A stretch of 64,000 nt of DNA from Terriglobia bacterium (GTDB taxonomy: Bacteria > Acidobacteriota > Terriglobia > JAIQFV01). A program made the translations under genes and the position numbers. The notes beneath the pieces were generated by a model. It saw only the letters and a list, made by a program, of their open reading frames with translations, did not search any database and had not been told where the DNA came from. Location: assembly GCA_020072965.1 (NCBI GenBank), contig JAIQFY010000009.1, positions 9,649 to 73,648 on the forward strand. Reading direction: 5' to 3'. Of this stretch, positions 46,316-54,676 are shown one piece after another (positions within the stretch are counted from its first letter, which is position 1; each line of letters begins with the position of its first letter).

Positions 46316-47260
46316 TCAGGAGTTTTGTCGATTGGTGTGCAGCTTCCGAAACGCAACCGGAGGGAATTGATACTCAGAAGCCAGCTCCGGGTGAATCATC
46401 ACTGCCAGCATCTCGAGGCTGTCGATGATGCGCGGTCCCGGGCGGCTGAAGTACTGGTTTCCGTCGGCGATGAAGACGTGCTGGTTGAGAACGGCCGGTA
46501 GACATTGCCACTCCCTGACACTCTTCAACTGCGCGACTTCGCGGAGAGTCCGGTCGATCGAGAATCCGCAGCAGCTGATGACAACGATTTCTGCGGCAAA
46601 ATCGAGGATCTCCTGGCACTCCACACGCCGCGAGGGTTGACCCGACTTCGCGATTCGATCCACTCCGCCGGCAATCTCAACCAATTCACCATTCCAGTGT
46701 CCACCGGAAAACGGCGGATGGAGCCACTCCATCAGGAAGGTCCGCGGGCGCGTGTCAATCCGCGAAACCAGTGATCTCACCCGTTCGACACGGCGCTGGA
46801 GCAAGCTGATGACCGCTTCGCCTTGTTCAGAGCACCCAGTCATTCGGGCTACGGTCCGGATGTTCTCAAAGATATCCTGCAACCGCATCGGCTCCAGATT
46901 GACCACCCGGGGCGAATGGACCAACCCTTTGACTGCATCTTTCACATAATCGTACGAAACCGCGCACACGCTGCAAAGCTGTTGAGTCAGGATCAGATCC
47001 GGCTGAAGGCGCTTCAGTAATTCAAAATCCAAATCATAGAGCGTTCCCGCCTCGTGCAACTTTTCCCTGACCTCATGGTCGATCGTTTCGCTCGGCTGGT
47101 CCGAATCCACCAGCGCCCGGGTAATCCGGGGCTTGCTTCGAGCCTCAACCGGAAAGTCGCACTCGTGGGACACGGCGACCAGGTCATCGCCTAAACCAAG
47201 GGCGTACACAATTTCAGTGGCACTGGGAAGCAGGGAGACGATTTTCATGGCTTGGGGCAA
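46316..47260 (-). CDS. BtuF/FecB-like (class III periplasmic-binding-fold) cobalamin/iron-complex binding protein, no obvious signal peptide
   Basis: MKIVSLLPSATEIVYALGLGDDLVAVSHECDFP N-terminal block typical of BtuF-type binding proteins. Confidence 0.7.
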   Translation of the reverse strand: MPQAMKIVSLLPSATEIVYALGLGDDLVAVSHECDFPVEARSKPRITRALVDSDQPSETIDHEVREKLHEAGTLYDLDFELLKRLQPDLILTQQLCSVCAVSYDYVKDAVKGLVHSPRVVNLEPMRLQDIFENIRTVARMTGCSEQGEAVISLLQRRVERVRSLVSRIDTRPRTFLMEWLHPPFSGGHWNGELVEIAGGVDRIAKSGQPSRRVECQEILDFAAEIVVISCCGFSIDRTLREVAQLKSVREWQCLPAVLNQHVFIADGNQYFSRPGPRIIDSLEMLAVMIHPELASEYQFPPVAFRKLHTNRQNS

Positions 47261-47454
47261 ATCCCATTCTAATCACGAACCCGGATTCGCGAAATTCTTT
47301 TTTTATATGTTTGGGCTATGGAAGAGCTATTTCAGTCCACAGATTACGCCGATCACACCGAGTAAAATCAAGATTTAAAGCAGTCGTTGTTTTTGATATC
47401 CTCACGATTCATCGAAGACGAGATATTTCAAAGACCGGGGACATCAAGGGCAGA

Positions 47455-48288
47455 ATGGCCATTTCAGTCAGCGGCATTTTTCATCATCCGGTGAAATCTG
47501 CCAAGAGCAAGCCGCTAAACCGTGCAGAGATTGGTGTGCGCGGAATTTTGCACGACCGCGAATGGATGGTGGTCGATGAGCGGGGAATGTTCGTGGCGCA
47601 GCGCCAATCTTCGGAGGCTGGTGTCGAAGTCCGGACCATGTGTTTGGTGGACGCCGCCCTCCAGGACAGGCGCCTGGTCCTCACAGCCCCCGGCCTGAGC
47701 TCAATCTCGGTTCCCCTCAGTGGCCCCGATACCCCGGAAGAAGAGGTGCGGGTCTGGGAGCATCAAGCCCGCGGCATCGATCAAGGCGAAGAGGTCTCCC
47801 GTTGGTTGAGTGAACTGCTCGGAAGGGAGAGACCCGGGAAATATCGCCTCATACGAATGTCAAACCATCACGTTCGCCGCGCCAAACAGGGAGATTCACA
47901 GCTGGCCTTCGCCGATGGCTATCCGTTCCTCATTATCTCTCAGGCTTCGCTGGATGATCTGAACAGCCGCCTTTCAGAAGCCCTTCCTATGAACAGGTTT
48001 CGCCCCAACCTCGTTCTTGACGGGTGCGCGCCGTACCAGGAGGATCAAATGGCCTTGATCCGGATCGGCCGAGTCCTTCTCGAGGGCCAGGGGCTATGCG
48101 CACGCTGTCCAACCACGGCCACCAATCAGGAAACCGCCGAGCGCGGCAAGGAGCCGCTCCGCACCCTGGCGACCTACCGCCGGCACCCCAGCGGCGAAGA
48201 CGGTGTCGTGTTCGGGCGTAATTTCAATCATTTGAATCTCGGGACGATCGCGATGGGGGATACCGTTGAAATTCTAGCTGCTGACTGA
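47455..48288 (+). CDS. MOSC-domain protein (YcbX-like: MOSC_N beta-barrel plus MOSC)
   Basis: Start chosen at MAISVSGIFHHPVKS; the ORF track starts at 47311. MOSC block with conserved Cys: LEGQGLCARCPTTATNQETAERGKEPLRTL. Confidence 0.7.
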   Translation: MAISVSGIFHHPVKSAKSKPLNRAEIGVRGILHDREWMVVDERGMFVAQRQSSEAGVEVRTMCLVDAALQDRRLVLTAPGLSSISVPLSGPDTPEEEVRVWEHQARGIDQGEEVSRWLSELLGRERPGKYRLIRMSNHHVRRAKQGDSQLAFADGYPFLIISQASLDDLNSRLSEALPMNRFRPNLVLDGCAPYQEDQMALIRIGRVLLEGQGLCARCPTTATNQETAERGKEPLRTLATYRRHPSGEDGVVFGRNFNHLNLGTIAMGDTVEILAAD

Positions 48289-48515
48289 CTCGCGTCGCCT
48301 CAATGGCACGAGCAACCGGAAATGGTGTTGTCCCGCAAGATCTTCGGAGACCCGTTTAACCGCAAAGATCGCAATGGCGGCCCAAAGATCGCATAAATGC
48401 CTGTGCCTTATTGCGGAGGCATTCTTTTTGCGCTCTTGGCGCCTACTTAGCGAACTCTGCGGTTCGTCTTTAATCCGAATTCCGCACTCCGAAATCCGCA
48501 ATTGATGACCCGCAT

Positions 48516-50834
48516 TCATCTCTTCAGATGGAGTCCGTTTTCTCCACCCAGATTCACCCGCACCCCGGAGACAAAATTCAAACGATAGGCGGGGAATCCG
48601 AGGACCTCTTCATATCGCTGATTCAGCAAATTGTTTATCCTTGCATACCAGGTGACCCCACTGGAGAAGTCGTACGATCCCCCGACGTTGGCAACAACAA
48701 AGCCGGGATTCTTGAGAATGCAGGGGAGCCCCAGATCGCAGGCAAACGTGCCCAAGTTCGGATCCGTGTCGGTCGTCCTCCCCCGCATCAACGCATCGAG
48801 CGAAAGAACCCACCGCCGATGCGTCCACGTCGCAAAGAAAGAGCCGGAATGAGCCGGGCGGCGGATCAACGGATCCCCAACTTTGAAGATCGATTGGGCG
48901 CGGCCGGGATCGCCGTTCAGCGAGAGAATTTCGGAATTCAGATAAGTATACTGGCCGCCCAAACGGATCTTTGAACTGGGCTGCATCGTCACAGAAACCT
49001 CCATGCCTTGCGCGCGAGCATTGCCCAGGTTGTCGGAGCTGAACGTGGAAAGCTGGCGCAAATCCCCCGTCAGGGTGACGATCTGGTCCTCGAACCGATT
49101 GTAGAAGTACGTAACGTCGAAGAGTGCCCGCGAGTTCCACAAGGACACCTCGGCGCCCGTGTCAAAACTCAAGGACCGCTCAGGACGAAGCCTGGGATTG
49201 CTGGTAAATGCGAGCTCAAATCCATTCGGAGCGCGGATCCCGGTCCCCGCCGAACCGTGCAGCCTGACATAGCTGAACGCGTGATCCATCGACCCTGGCC
49301 GGATGAAATAAGCGGCCGACACTCTCGGGTTGGTTGAGACAATGGAGGACGCCGGAAAATTCTGGTCGTGTGAAAAAGGGACGGCAAGGATATCCTCCGT
49401 CCTGAAGTTTTCGATTCGCACGCCAGCCGTTAGAAAGAGCCGCTGCTGCCAATTCCACTGATTCTCGGCAAAGTATCCAAAATTGTTCCGATGAAGAGCG
49501 AAAATCTGGCCCGTCGGATCTGTCACAAAATTATTCAAAAACCTCTCCCGCTGGTATTCAAACCCGAAGGCGAGGGTGTCACCGGGGAAAAGGAGGAGAT
49601 CACTTTCGCTGCGCAAGGTTCCACGAAAGTTATCGCTAAACGAATCTCCCAGGGAAGGGCTTAAGAATCGAAAATTGCGCGAGAGGAAATTTCCCTCAAA
49701 GCGCTGCCTGAATTTTGAAGAGAACTCGTGCTCGAAGTCCAGCCCATAAACATAGTCATTGTTCTTATCGCGGGACTGAAGATCGAGACCGAAGAAGGTG
49801 CTGTTGGGATCGCTTCCGTATGCCCCCGGGGCGCCTGCGTCGTTGGCATTAAGATTGAAATGGAACGCAGCGTGGGTCCGGGGAGACAGGTCCATGCCGA
49901 TTCGCCCGGAAGCATTCTGGTCGCGGTAGTTGTCGTTAAAATTGGCCCCGTCGGAGTCCATGCGCGACAGGTTCAAGGCCCAATTCACGCTCCGCGTCAG
50001 GCCGTTCGCACCCGCGGCCCAGCGCCGCAACATGTAGCTGCCCCCTTCGGCTTGAAACGAGTACCGGGGGGTCCCTTCCCCGCGCTGCGTAATGACATTA
50101 AGGGTTGCCCCCACGGCCTCCGATCCATAGAGGGCGCTCTGCGCACCGCGCACGACTTCGATGCGATCCACATCATCCGCCACCAGATGCGCGAAATCGT
50201 ATCCCAGCCCTCCCCCAAAGTCGTTGAGCTTCACCCCGTCCAACAGCACCAGGTCGTAATTAGCGTCCCCCCCCCGCGCGAAAATCGAGGTCGTCCCACC
50301 ACGGCGGCCGGCCGAACTCACCGTGAGACCCGGGATCCCTCGCAGCGCATCCTGGATGAGGGGAGCGGCAGAGTTTTTCAAGTCCTCCCCCGTAATAATG
50401 CTGACGGAGCTTCCTACTTGCGCCATCGGCTGGTCGATCAACGACGCGCTGACCAGAACGCTATCAGTTCGGGCACTCAGTTGAAGGCCGATCTCAATAG
50501 ATCGCGTCTGACCGGGCTTCAATGGACCGGTGGGCACTGTTCCTGACGAGAATCCGGGCTGACTGACGATCAACTGGTACTCGATCCCTGCCGAAACTTC
50601 AAAGCGGAACCGCCCCTGGCCGTCGCTCCAGTGGGAAAGGGTGGTCCCCAGGGCATCGATGCAACTGATTTGAGCGCCACGAATAACGGCGCCGGATGGA
50701 TCCTTGATCTGACCCTCGATCACGCTGGTCTGAGCGATCAGGGAAAGATGCAAACCCGTCCATAAAATACAGAAGGCGAAGAGACGCACTGCGCGCTTCG
50801 AAACGCTTTGGCTGTGATTCATCAGTTCCTCCAA
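48516..50834 (-). CDS. TonB-dependent outer-membrane receptor with N-terminal carboxypeptidase-regulatory-like domain
   Basis: Signal peptide. CarboxypepD_reg block QTSVIEGQIKDPSGAVIRGAQI...GRFRFE. Plug domain VSASLIDQPMAQVGSSVSII...DALRGIPG. Long beta-barrel. Confidence 0.85.
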   Translation of the reverse strand: MEELMNHSQSVSKRAVRLFAFCILWTGLHLSLIAQTSVIEGQIKDPSGAVIRGAQISCIDALGTTLSHWSDGQGRFRFEVSAGIEYQLIVSQPGFSSGTVPTGPLKPGQTRSIEIGLQLSARTDSVLVSASLIDQPMAQVGSSVSIITGEDLKNSAAPLIQDALRGIPGLTVSSAGRRGGTTSIFARGGDANYDLVLLDGVKLNDFGGGLGYDFAHLVADDVDRIEVVRGAQSALYGSEAVGATLNVITQRGEGTPRYSFQAEGGSYMLRRWAAGANGLTRSVNWALNLSRMDSDGANFNDNYRDQNASGRIGMDLSPRTHAAFHFNLNANDAGAPGAYGSDPNSTFFGLDLQSRDKNNDYVYGLDFEHEFSSKFRQRFEGNFLSRNFRFLSPSLGDSFSDNFRGTLRSESDLLLFPGDTLAFGFEYQRERFLNNFVTDPTGQIFALHRNNFGYFAENQWNWQQRLFLTAGVRIENFRTEDILAVPFSHDQNFPASSIVSTNPRVSAAYFIRPGSMDHAFSYVRLHGSAGTGIRAPNGFELAFTSNPRLRPERSLSFDTGAEVSLWNSRALFDVTYFYNRFEDQIVTLTGDLRQLSTFSSDNLGNARAQGMEVSVTMQPSSKIRLGGQYTYLNSEILSLNGDPGRAQSIFKVGDPLIRRPAHSGSFFATWTHRRWVLSLDALMRGRTTDTDPNLGTFACDLGLPCILKNPGFVVANVGGSYDFSSGVTWYARINNLLNQRYEEVLGFPAYRLNFVSGVRVNLGGENGLHLKR

Positions 50835-50976
50835 ATTTCAAAAGGCCGTTCTCATTTAAAACACATGAGCCTGCATGGCTAATGGCCGTACCAGAATTCG
50901 TTCAACATCGAACCTCGGAATTCACGGGTTTTACCAATAGCGCTTTTCTCTGTGTCCTCCGCGCGGTGAAATCGTC

Positions 50977-51834
50977 TTACTCATTAATCTCTGATCTCTT
51001 CCCCCTCAGAAGTGTCACCCGGGCCGCGCCGGAGATAGGATTAAGGTCGACCAGGAGATCGGAATCAAAGACCTTGCGAAGCCGCTCTTCGGTCAGCACC
51101 TCAGCGGGCGGTCCAACCGCCAGGGGCACACCGGCATTCAAAAGCAGAATGTGATCCGCGAATTCGGCGGCGAGGTTGAGTTCGTGGGTGACCATGAGGA
51201 CGGCCATGCCGTGCTCCCGCGCCAACCGTTCAACCAGCTCAAGTAGCCCCATCTGAAACGCCACGTCGAGGTTGAGGGTCGGCTCATCCAGCAGGAGCAA
51301 TCCTGGGGTTTGCGCCAGGGCACGGGCCAAAATGACCCGCTGGCGCTCACCGCCCGAAAGTTCGTTCATCCATCGCCGCTCGAAGACCGACGCCTCCGTC
51401 ATCTCGAGAGACCGGCGCACGATGGTCAGGTCTTCGTGCGACGCCAGCTGCAATCCATCGAGGAAGGGATGGCGTGCCAGCAGGCAGTATTCAAGGACGG
51501 TCATGGGAAAATGCAACGAGCTTTCCTGGGCCACCACTGCAATTTGCCTCGCCCGCTCGCGATGCCTCATTCGATGGATGTCCACCCCGTTCCATCGGGC
51601 CCATCCGGAGGTGGGCCGGAGCGTCCCGCTCACCAGCTTGAGCAAGGTCGACTTCCCGGAGCCGTTCGGGCCCACAATTGCCGTTACTTCGGAAGTGCGC
51701 ATGGAAAAGGAAACGGGGTGAAGTTGAAATTTGCCCACTTTCACACCCACATCGTGCAGTTCGAGGCATGAAACGCCGGCAGCGGGCGGTTGCGCATCCA
51801 TCCGGGGTTGTGAATGGGAAGAGATCACTGTCAA
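50977..51834 (-). CDS. ABC transporter ATP-binding protein (FecE/BtuD/HmuV type)
   Basis: Walker A GPNGSGKST. Signature LSGGERQRV. Walker B LLLDEP. Confidence 0.85.
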   Translation of the reverse strand: MTVISSHSQPRMDAQPPAAGVSCLELHDVGVKVGKFQLHPVSFSMRTSEVTAIVGPNGSGKSTLLKLVSGTLRPTSGWARWNGVDIHRMRHRERARQIAVVAQESSLHFPMTVLEYCLLARHPFLDGLQLASHEDLTIVRRSLEMTEASVFERRWMNELSGGERQRVILARALAQTPGLLLLDEPTLNLDVAFQMGLLELVERLAREHGMAVLMVTHELNLAAEFADHILLLNAGVPLAVGPPAEVLTEERLRKVFDSDLLVDLNPISGAARVTLLRGKRSEINE

Positions 51835-52847
51835 TCCTCCGCCCGATCGCGTCTTAACAGGTAAATGAACACCGGGGCTCCCGCCAGCGCTGTAATGGCC
51901 CCGACCGGAAGTTCTGTCGGTGCGACGATGGTTCGTGCAATCAGATCGGCCAGCAAAGTCAGCATGGCCCCCAGGATGGCCGTCGATGGCAGCAGCAGTC
52001 GATAATCATTGCCGAAAAGCATTCGTGCGATGTGCGGAACGATTAACCCCACAAAACCGATGGAGCCGCTGAGGGAGACCGCCAGGCCGGTCAGCAGGGC
52101 CGCCAATACAAAGATCGCCCGCTTCACCCATTCGACAGGCACCCCCAGGTGGGCGGCTTCCTGCTCGCCGATGAGCATGACATTGAGATCGCCTGCAAAG
52201 CGGTAGATCAAGACTACCGTCGTGAGCGTTACCAGCGAAATCCATTTCATCGAGGGGACGTGGACACTGTTGAAGTTACCGGTGAGCCAGAAAGTCGTCT
52301 CGCGCAACTGGCCCCCGCTGAGAAAGGGTTGAATGAAAATGATGACGGATGAAAAGAATGACGCCACGATGATCCCTGCGAGAATCAAGGTGTGCGCGGA
52401 GACTCTTCCCTTCCGGCTTCCCAGGGTGTAAACGAGCACAATGGTGATCAAACCCCCGACAAATGCGGCGGCCGGAGTAGGAATTCCCCATTGACCCGCA
52501 AATGCGATCGATAGAATCGCCGCCAGCGCGGCACCACTGGAAACACCCAGGATATGGGGGTCGGCCAGGGGGTTTCTCAAGAGGGCTTGAAAACTGGCGC
52601 CCGCCACCGCCAGGGCCATCCCGACCAGCATGGCGAGATAAATCCTCGGCATCCGCAGGCTGAAGAGTATCGTGGAAGTCTCCGAGGCCGGGTACTCGCC
52701 GGGATGTGTCAATCGGGTCGAAACACTTTCGAGCACGGTGACAAGCGGGATGTGTGTGCTGCCGATGGACAACGCAACCCCCATCATCCCTGCCAAGAGC
52801 AAGAGCAGCAGAATCAAACGCACCGCCATTTTTTTTCGAGTCAGCAT
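51831..52847 (-). CDS. FecCD-family ABC transporter permease (BtuC-like)
   Basis: 338 aa, about 9 TM helices. Stop/start overlap with the ATPase gene. Confidence 0.85.
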   Translation of the reverse strand: MLTRKKMAVRLILLLLLLAGMMGVALSIGSTHIPLVTVLESVSTRLTHPGEYPASETSTILFSLRMPRIYLAMLVGMALAVAGASFQALLRNPLADPHILGVSSGAALAAILSIAFAGQWGIPTPAAAFVGGLITIVLVYTLGSRKGRVSAHTLILAGIIVASFFSSVIIFIQPFLSGGQLRETTFWLTGNFNSVHVPSMKWISLVTLTTVVLIYRFAGDLNVMLIGEQEAAHLGVPVEWVKRAIFVLAALLTGLAVSLSGSIGFVGLIVPHIARMLFGNDYRLLLPSTAILGAMLTLLADLIARTIVAPTELPVGAITALAGAPVFIYLLRRDRAED

Positions 52848-52958
52848 CCGAAGTCTTGTTCACCGCAGAGGCGCCGGGCAAATTGGGGACAGACACCTTG
52901 CTCTGACAAACCTCGAAAATCCATAAGAGTTGGTGTCTGTCCCATCGCTTTTCGTCCC

Positions 52959-53996
52959 TTAATTCGTCTTCTGATGAAAATATTTTGCAAACTGTTCCAA
53001 GGCGTCAAAGAGCCGCGGGCCCGGGCGGCTGGCATTGTCCTCGACTTTGAAGATCCGGTTCGTCTGTACCGCCGTCGTGTGGCTCCAGCCCGGCCAGGAT
53101 CTCATTTGTTCGATCGCGGGAGAGTTTCCGTTATTTTTCGGGAGAAGGATGATTTCCGGGTCGCGCCTTACAATTTCCTCCAGCGACAATTGCGCCCAGT
53201 CCTGTTTTAGATCGCCGCTGATCGATTCGCCCCCCGCAAGCGAAATCAGATCTGTAATATAGGCCCCGCGTCCCGGCACGCTGATCGGGTTGTACCAAAC
53301 CAGGTAGAGCACCCGAGGCCGGGGCCGTCCCGCCACTTGATTCACGACCGCGTCCCGGCGTTCCCGAAGTGAACGAACGAGGGCGTCCGCTTGGGCCTGG
53401 TTTCCGGTCAACGCGCCGACATCCTCCAAGGCTCGGAAGACATCGTCGACAGACGTCGTGTGCACCCCGTAGAGAGGAATGCCAAAGTGCATCAGCTCGT
53501 CCGCCACAGCAATCTTGTTAATCTCAGGCGTTCCAATCACCAGGTCCGGATGCAGAGAGACGATCACTTCGATGTTGGGATCGATCAATCCCCCCACGCT
53601 GGGCTTCTGCCGGACCTCCGGGGGGTAATCACAATAATCGCTGCGGCCCACCACTCTCTGAGCCAAACCGAGGGCATAGAGAAGTTCGGTGACACTCGGG
53701 GCGATGGAAATGATGCGCTGGGGATGCTCGGGAACCATCACCGTCCGGCCGGTTTCGTCGATGACTTTGCGGTTGGCGGCGGGAGCGAGTATTGGAAAAA
53801 TCAACAGTAACCAGAGTGGGAGGAGAAGTTGCCAGTTGCCAGTGGCCAGTTGCCTAAGTGCAGTTGTCAGTTGTCGGTTCTCAGTTCTCAGTTCCAGGTA
53901 GTCAGTTGCCAGTGGCCAGAAAGACCAGGAGCGGGACTTCGAAGGAATACTGTCAACTCTTGAGCTTCTCATTCTGATGATATTCAATGGAGACAT
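52959..53996 (-). CDS. periplasmic substrate-binding protein of the BtuF/FecB type; true start uncertain because the N-terminal 50 codons are encoded by a heptamer repeat
   Basis: Binding-protein blocks IISIAPSVTELLYALGL and VIVSLHPDL. Signal-like LLLPLWLLLIFPILAPAA follows the repeat-encoded WPLATDYLELRTENRQLTTALRQLATGNWQ. Confidence 0.7.
   Translation of the reverse strand: MSPLNIIRMRSSRVDSIPSKSRSWSFWPLATDYLELRTENRQLTTALRQLATGNWQLLLPLWLLLIFPILAPAANRKVIDETGRTVMVPEHPQRIISIAPSVTELLYALGLAQRVVGRSDYCDYPPEVRQKPSVGGLIDPNIEVIVSLHPDLVIGTPEINKIAVADELMHFGIPLYGVHTTSVDDVFRALEDVGALTGNQAQADALVRSLRERRDAVVNQVAGRPRPRVLYLVWYNPISVPGRGAYITDLISLAGGESISGDLKQDWAQLSLEEIVRRDPEIILLPKNNGNSPAIEQMRSWPGWSHTTAVQTNRIFKVEDNASRPGPRLFDALEQFAKYFHQKTN
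53828..53919. repeat. CAGTTSY heptamer-repeat block with internal direct repeat CAGTTGCCAGTGGCCAG (x2)
   Basis: Read from sequence. A related GCTGAT repeat lies at 54041-54082. Confidence 0.55.
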
Positions 53997-54294
53997 GGCA
54001 CATCCAAGAATAAAGGAGCAAGCCTTTCAGCCGGGACTTGCTGAAAGCTGATTGCTGATAGCTGATCGCTGACAGCTGTTCACTTCAAAAAAATACCCCA
54101 TGCATCTTCGTTGGAAAACGCACGGGGCAATAAACTTTGTCCACGGGCCCTTTGACGCGAAGAGCACAACTTTGGAGTCGTGAACCTGAAGGAACAAAGC
54201 CGTTGAGCATCGCTATGGATGCCAGTCCTTCGGCTTCAATCCCTGGGTTTCGCTGGTTCCAGGCAGGTCTCCTGACTTGACCACTCTCGGTTGC

Positions 54295-54445
54295 GTTCTC
54301 GCCTTCCCATCCCGCTGAAGCGGGGCAGTGGTTTTGAACCCGGAAGCGTGGTCTCACAGTGGCGCGACCGTCGCCGACTTTCACGGCGTTCCCTTTTTGA
54401 CTCCGACCTTTCGGAGTGCCTGAAACCGCTGAGAAAGATCACAGT
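54295..54445 (-). ncRNA. cobalamin (B12) riboswitch leading the btuF-permease-ATPase-TonB-receptor operon
   Basis: Minus-strand RNA contains GGGAAcgccGTGaAAgTCggcgacgGTCGCGCCACTGTGA. This matches the GGGAAnnnGGTGnAAnTCC...CCCGCnACTGT core. Further 3' it contains CCACTG...GGGAAGGC (B12 box and 3' element). Position is appropriate for a B12-uptake operon. Confidence 0.5.
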
Positions 54446-54676
54446 GCTTTTTCACGCTACCAAAAATCGGCTCGGGGTGTCAAATGTTTAAAACACTCTA
54501 CCGCGAAAAAAATCAGAGAAGAGTCCTCATTCCTTAAATCGACAAATTGTGAAAAGCGTCTCATGCGCGGATTCGCTCGACATCCCCCCCGGCTGGTGGC
54601 AGAGTGTTGTCGTTTTACGATATATCTTCCCCTCAACCGTTGGAGACTTACAAAACATATTGAACCGGAGGCGTCT

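Noticed and set aside
49728-50546. 272-aa plus-strand ORF
   Set aside because: Antisense to the TonB-dependent receptor.
53828-53919. Heptamer arrays at 15443, 53828 and 63231 considered as a CRISPR array
   Set aside because: Unit length is 7 nt with no 25-40-nt spacers and no cas genes. These are tandem microsatellite-like palindromes, not CRISPR.
54085-54442. 99-aa and 68-aa minus-strand ORFs upstream of the SBP gene
   Set aside because: They overlap the region that matches the cobalamin riboswitch core. They are more likely leader RNA than coding sequence.
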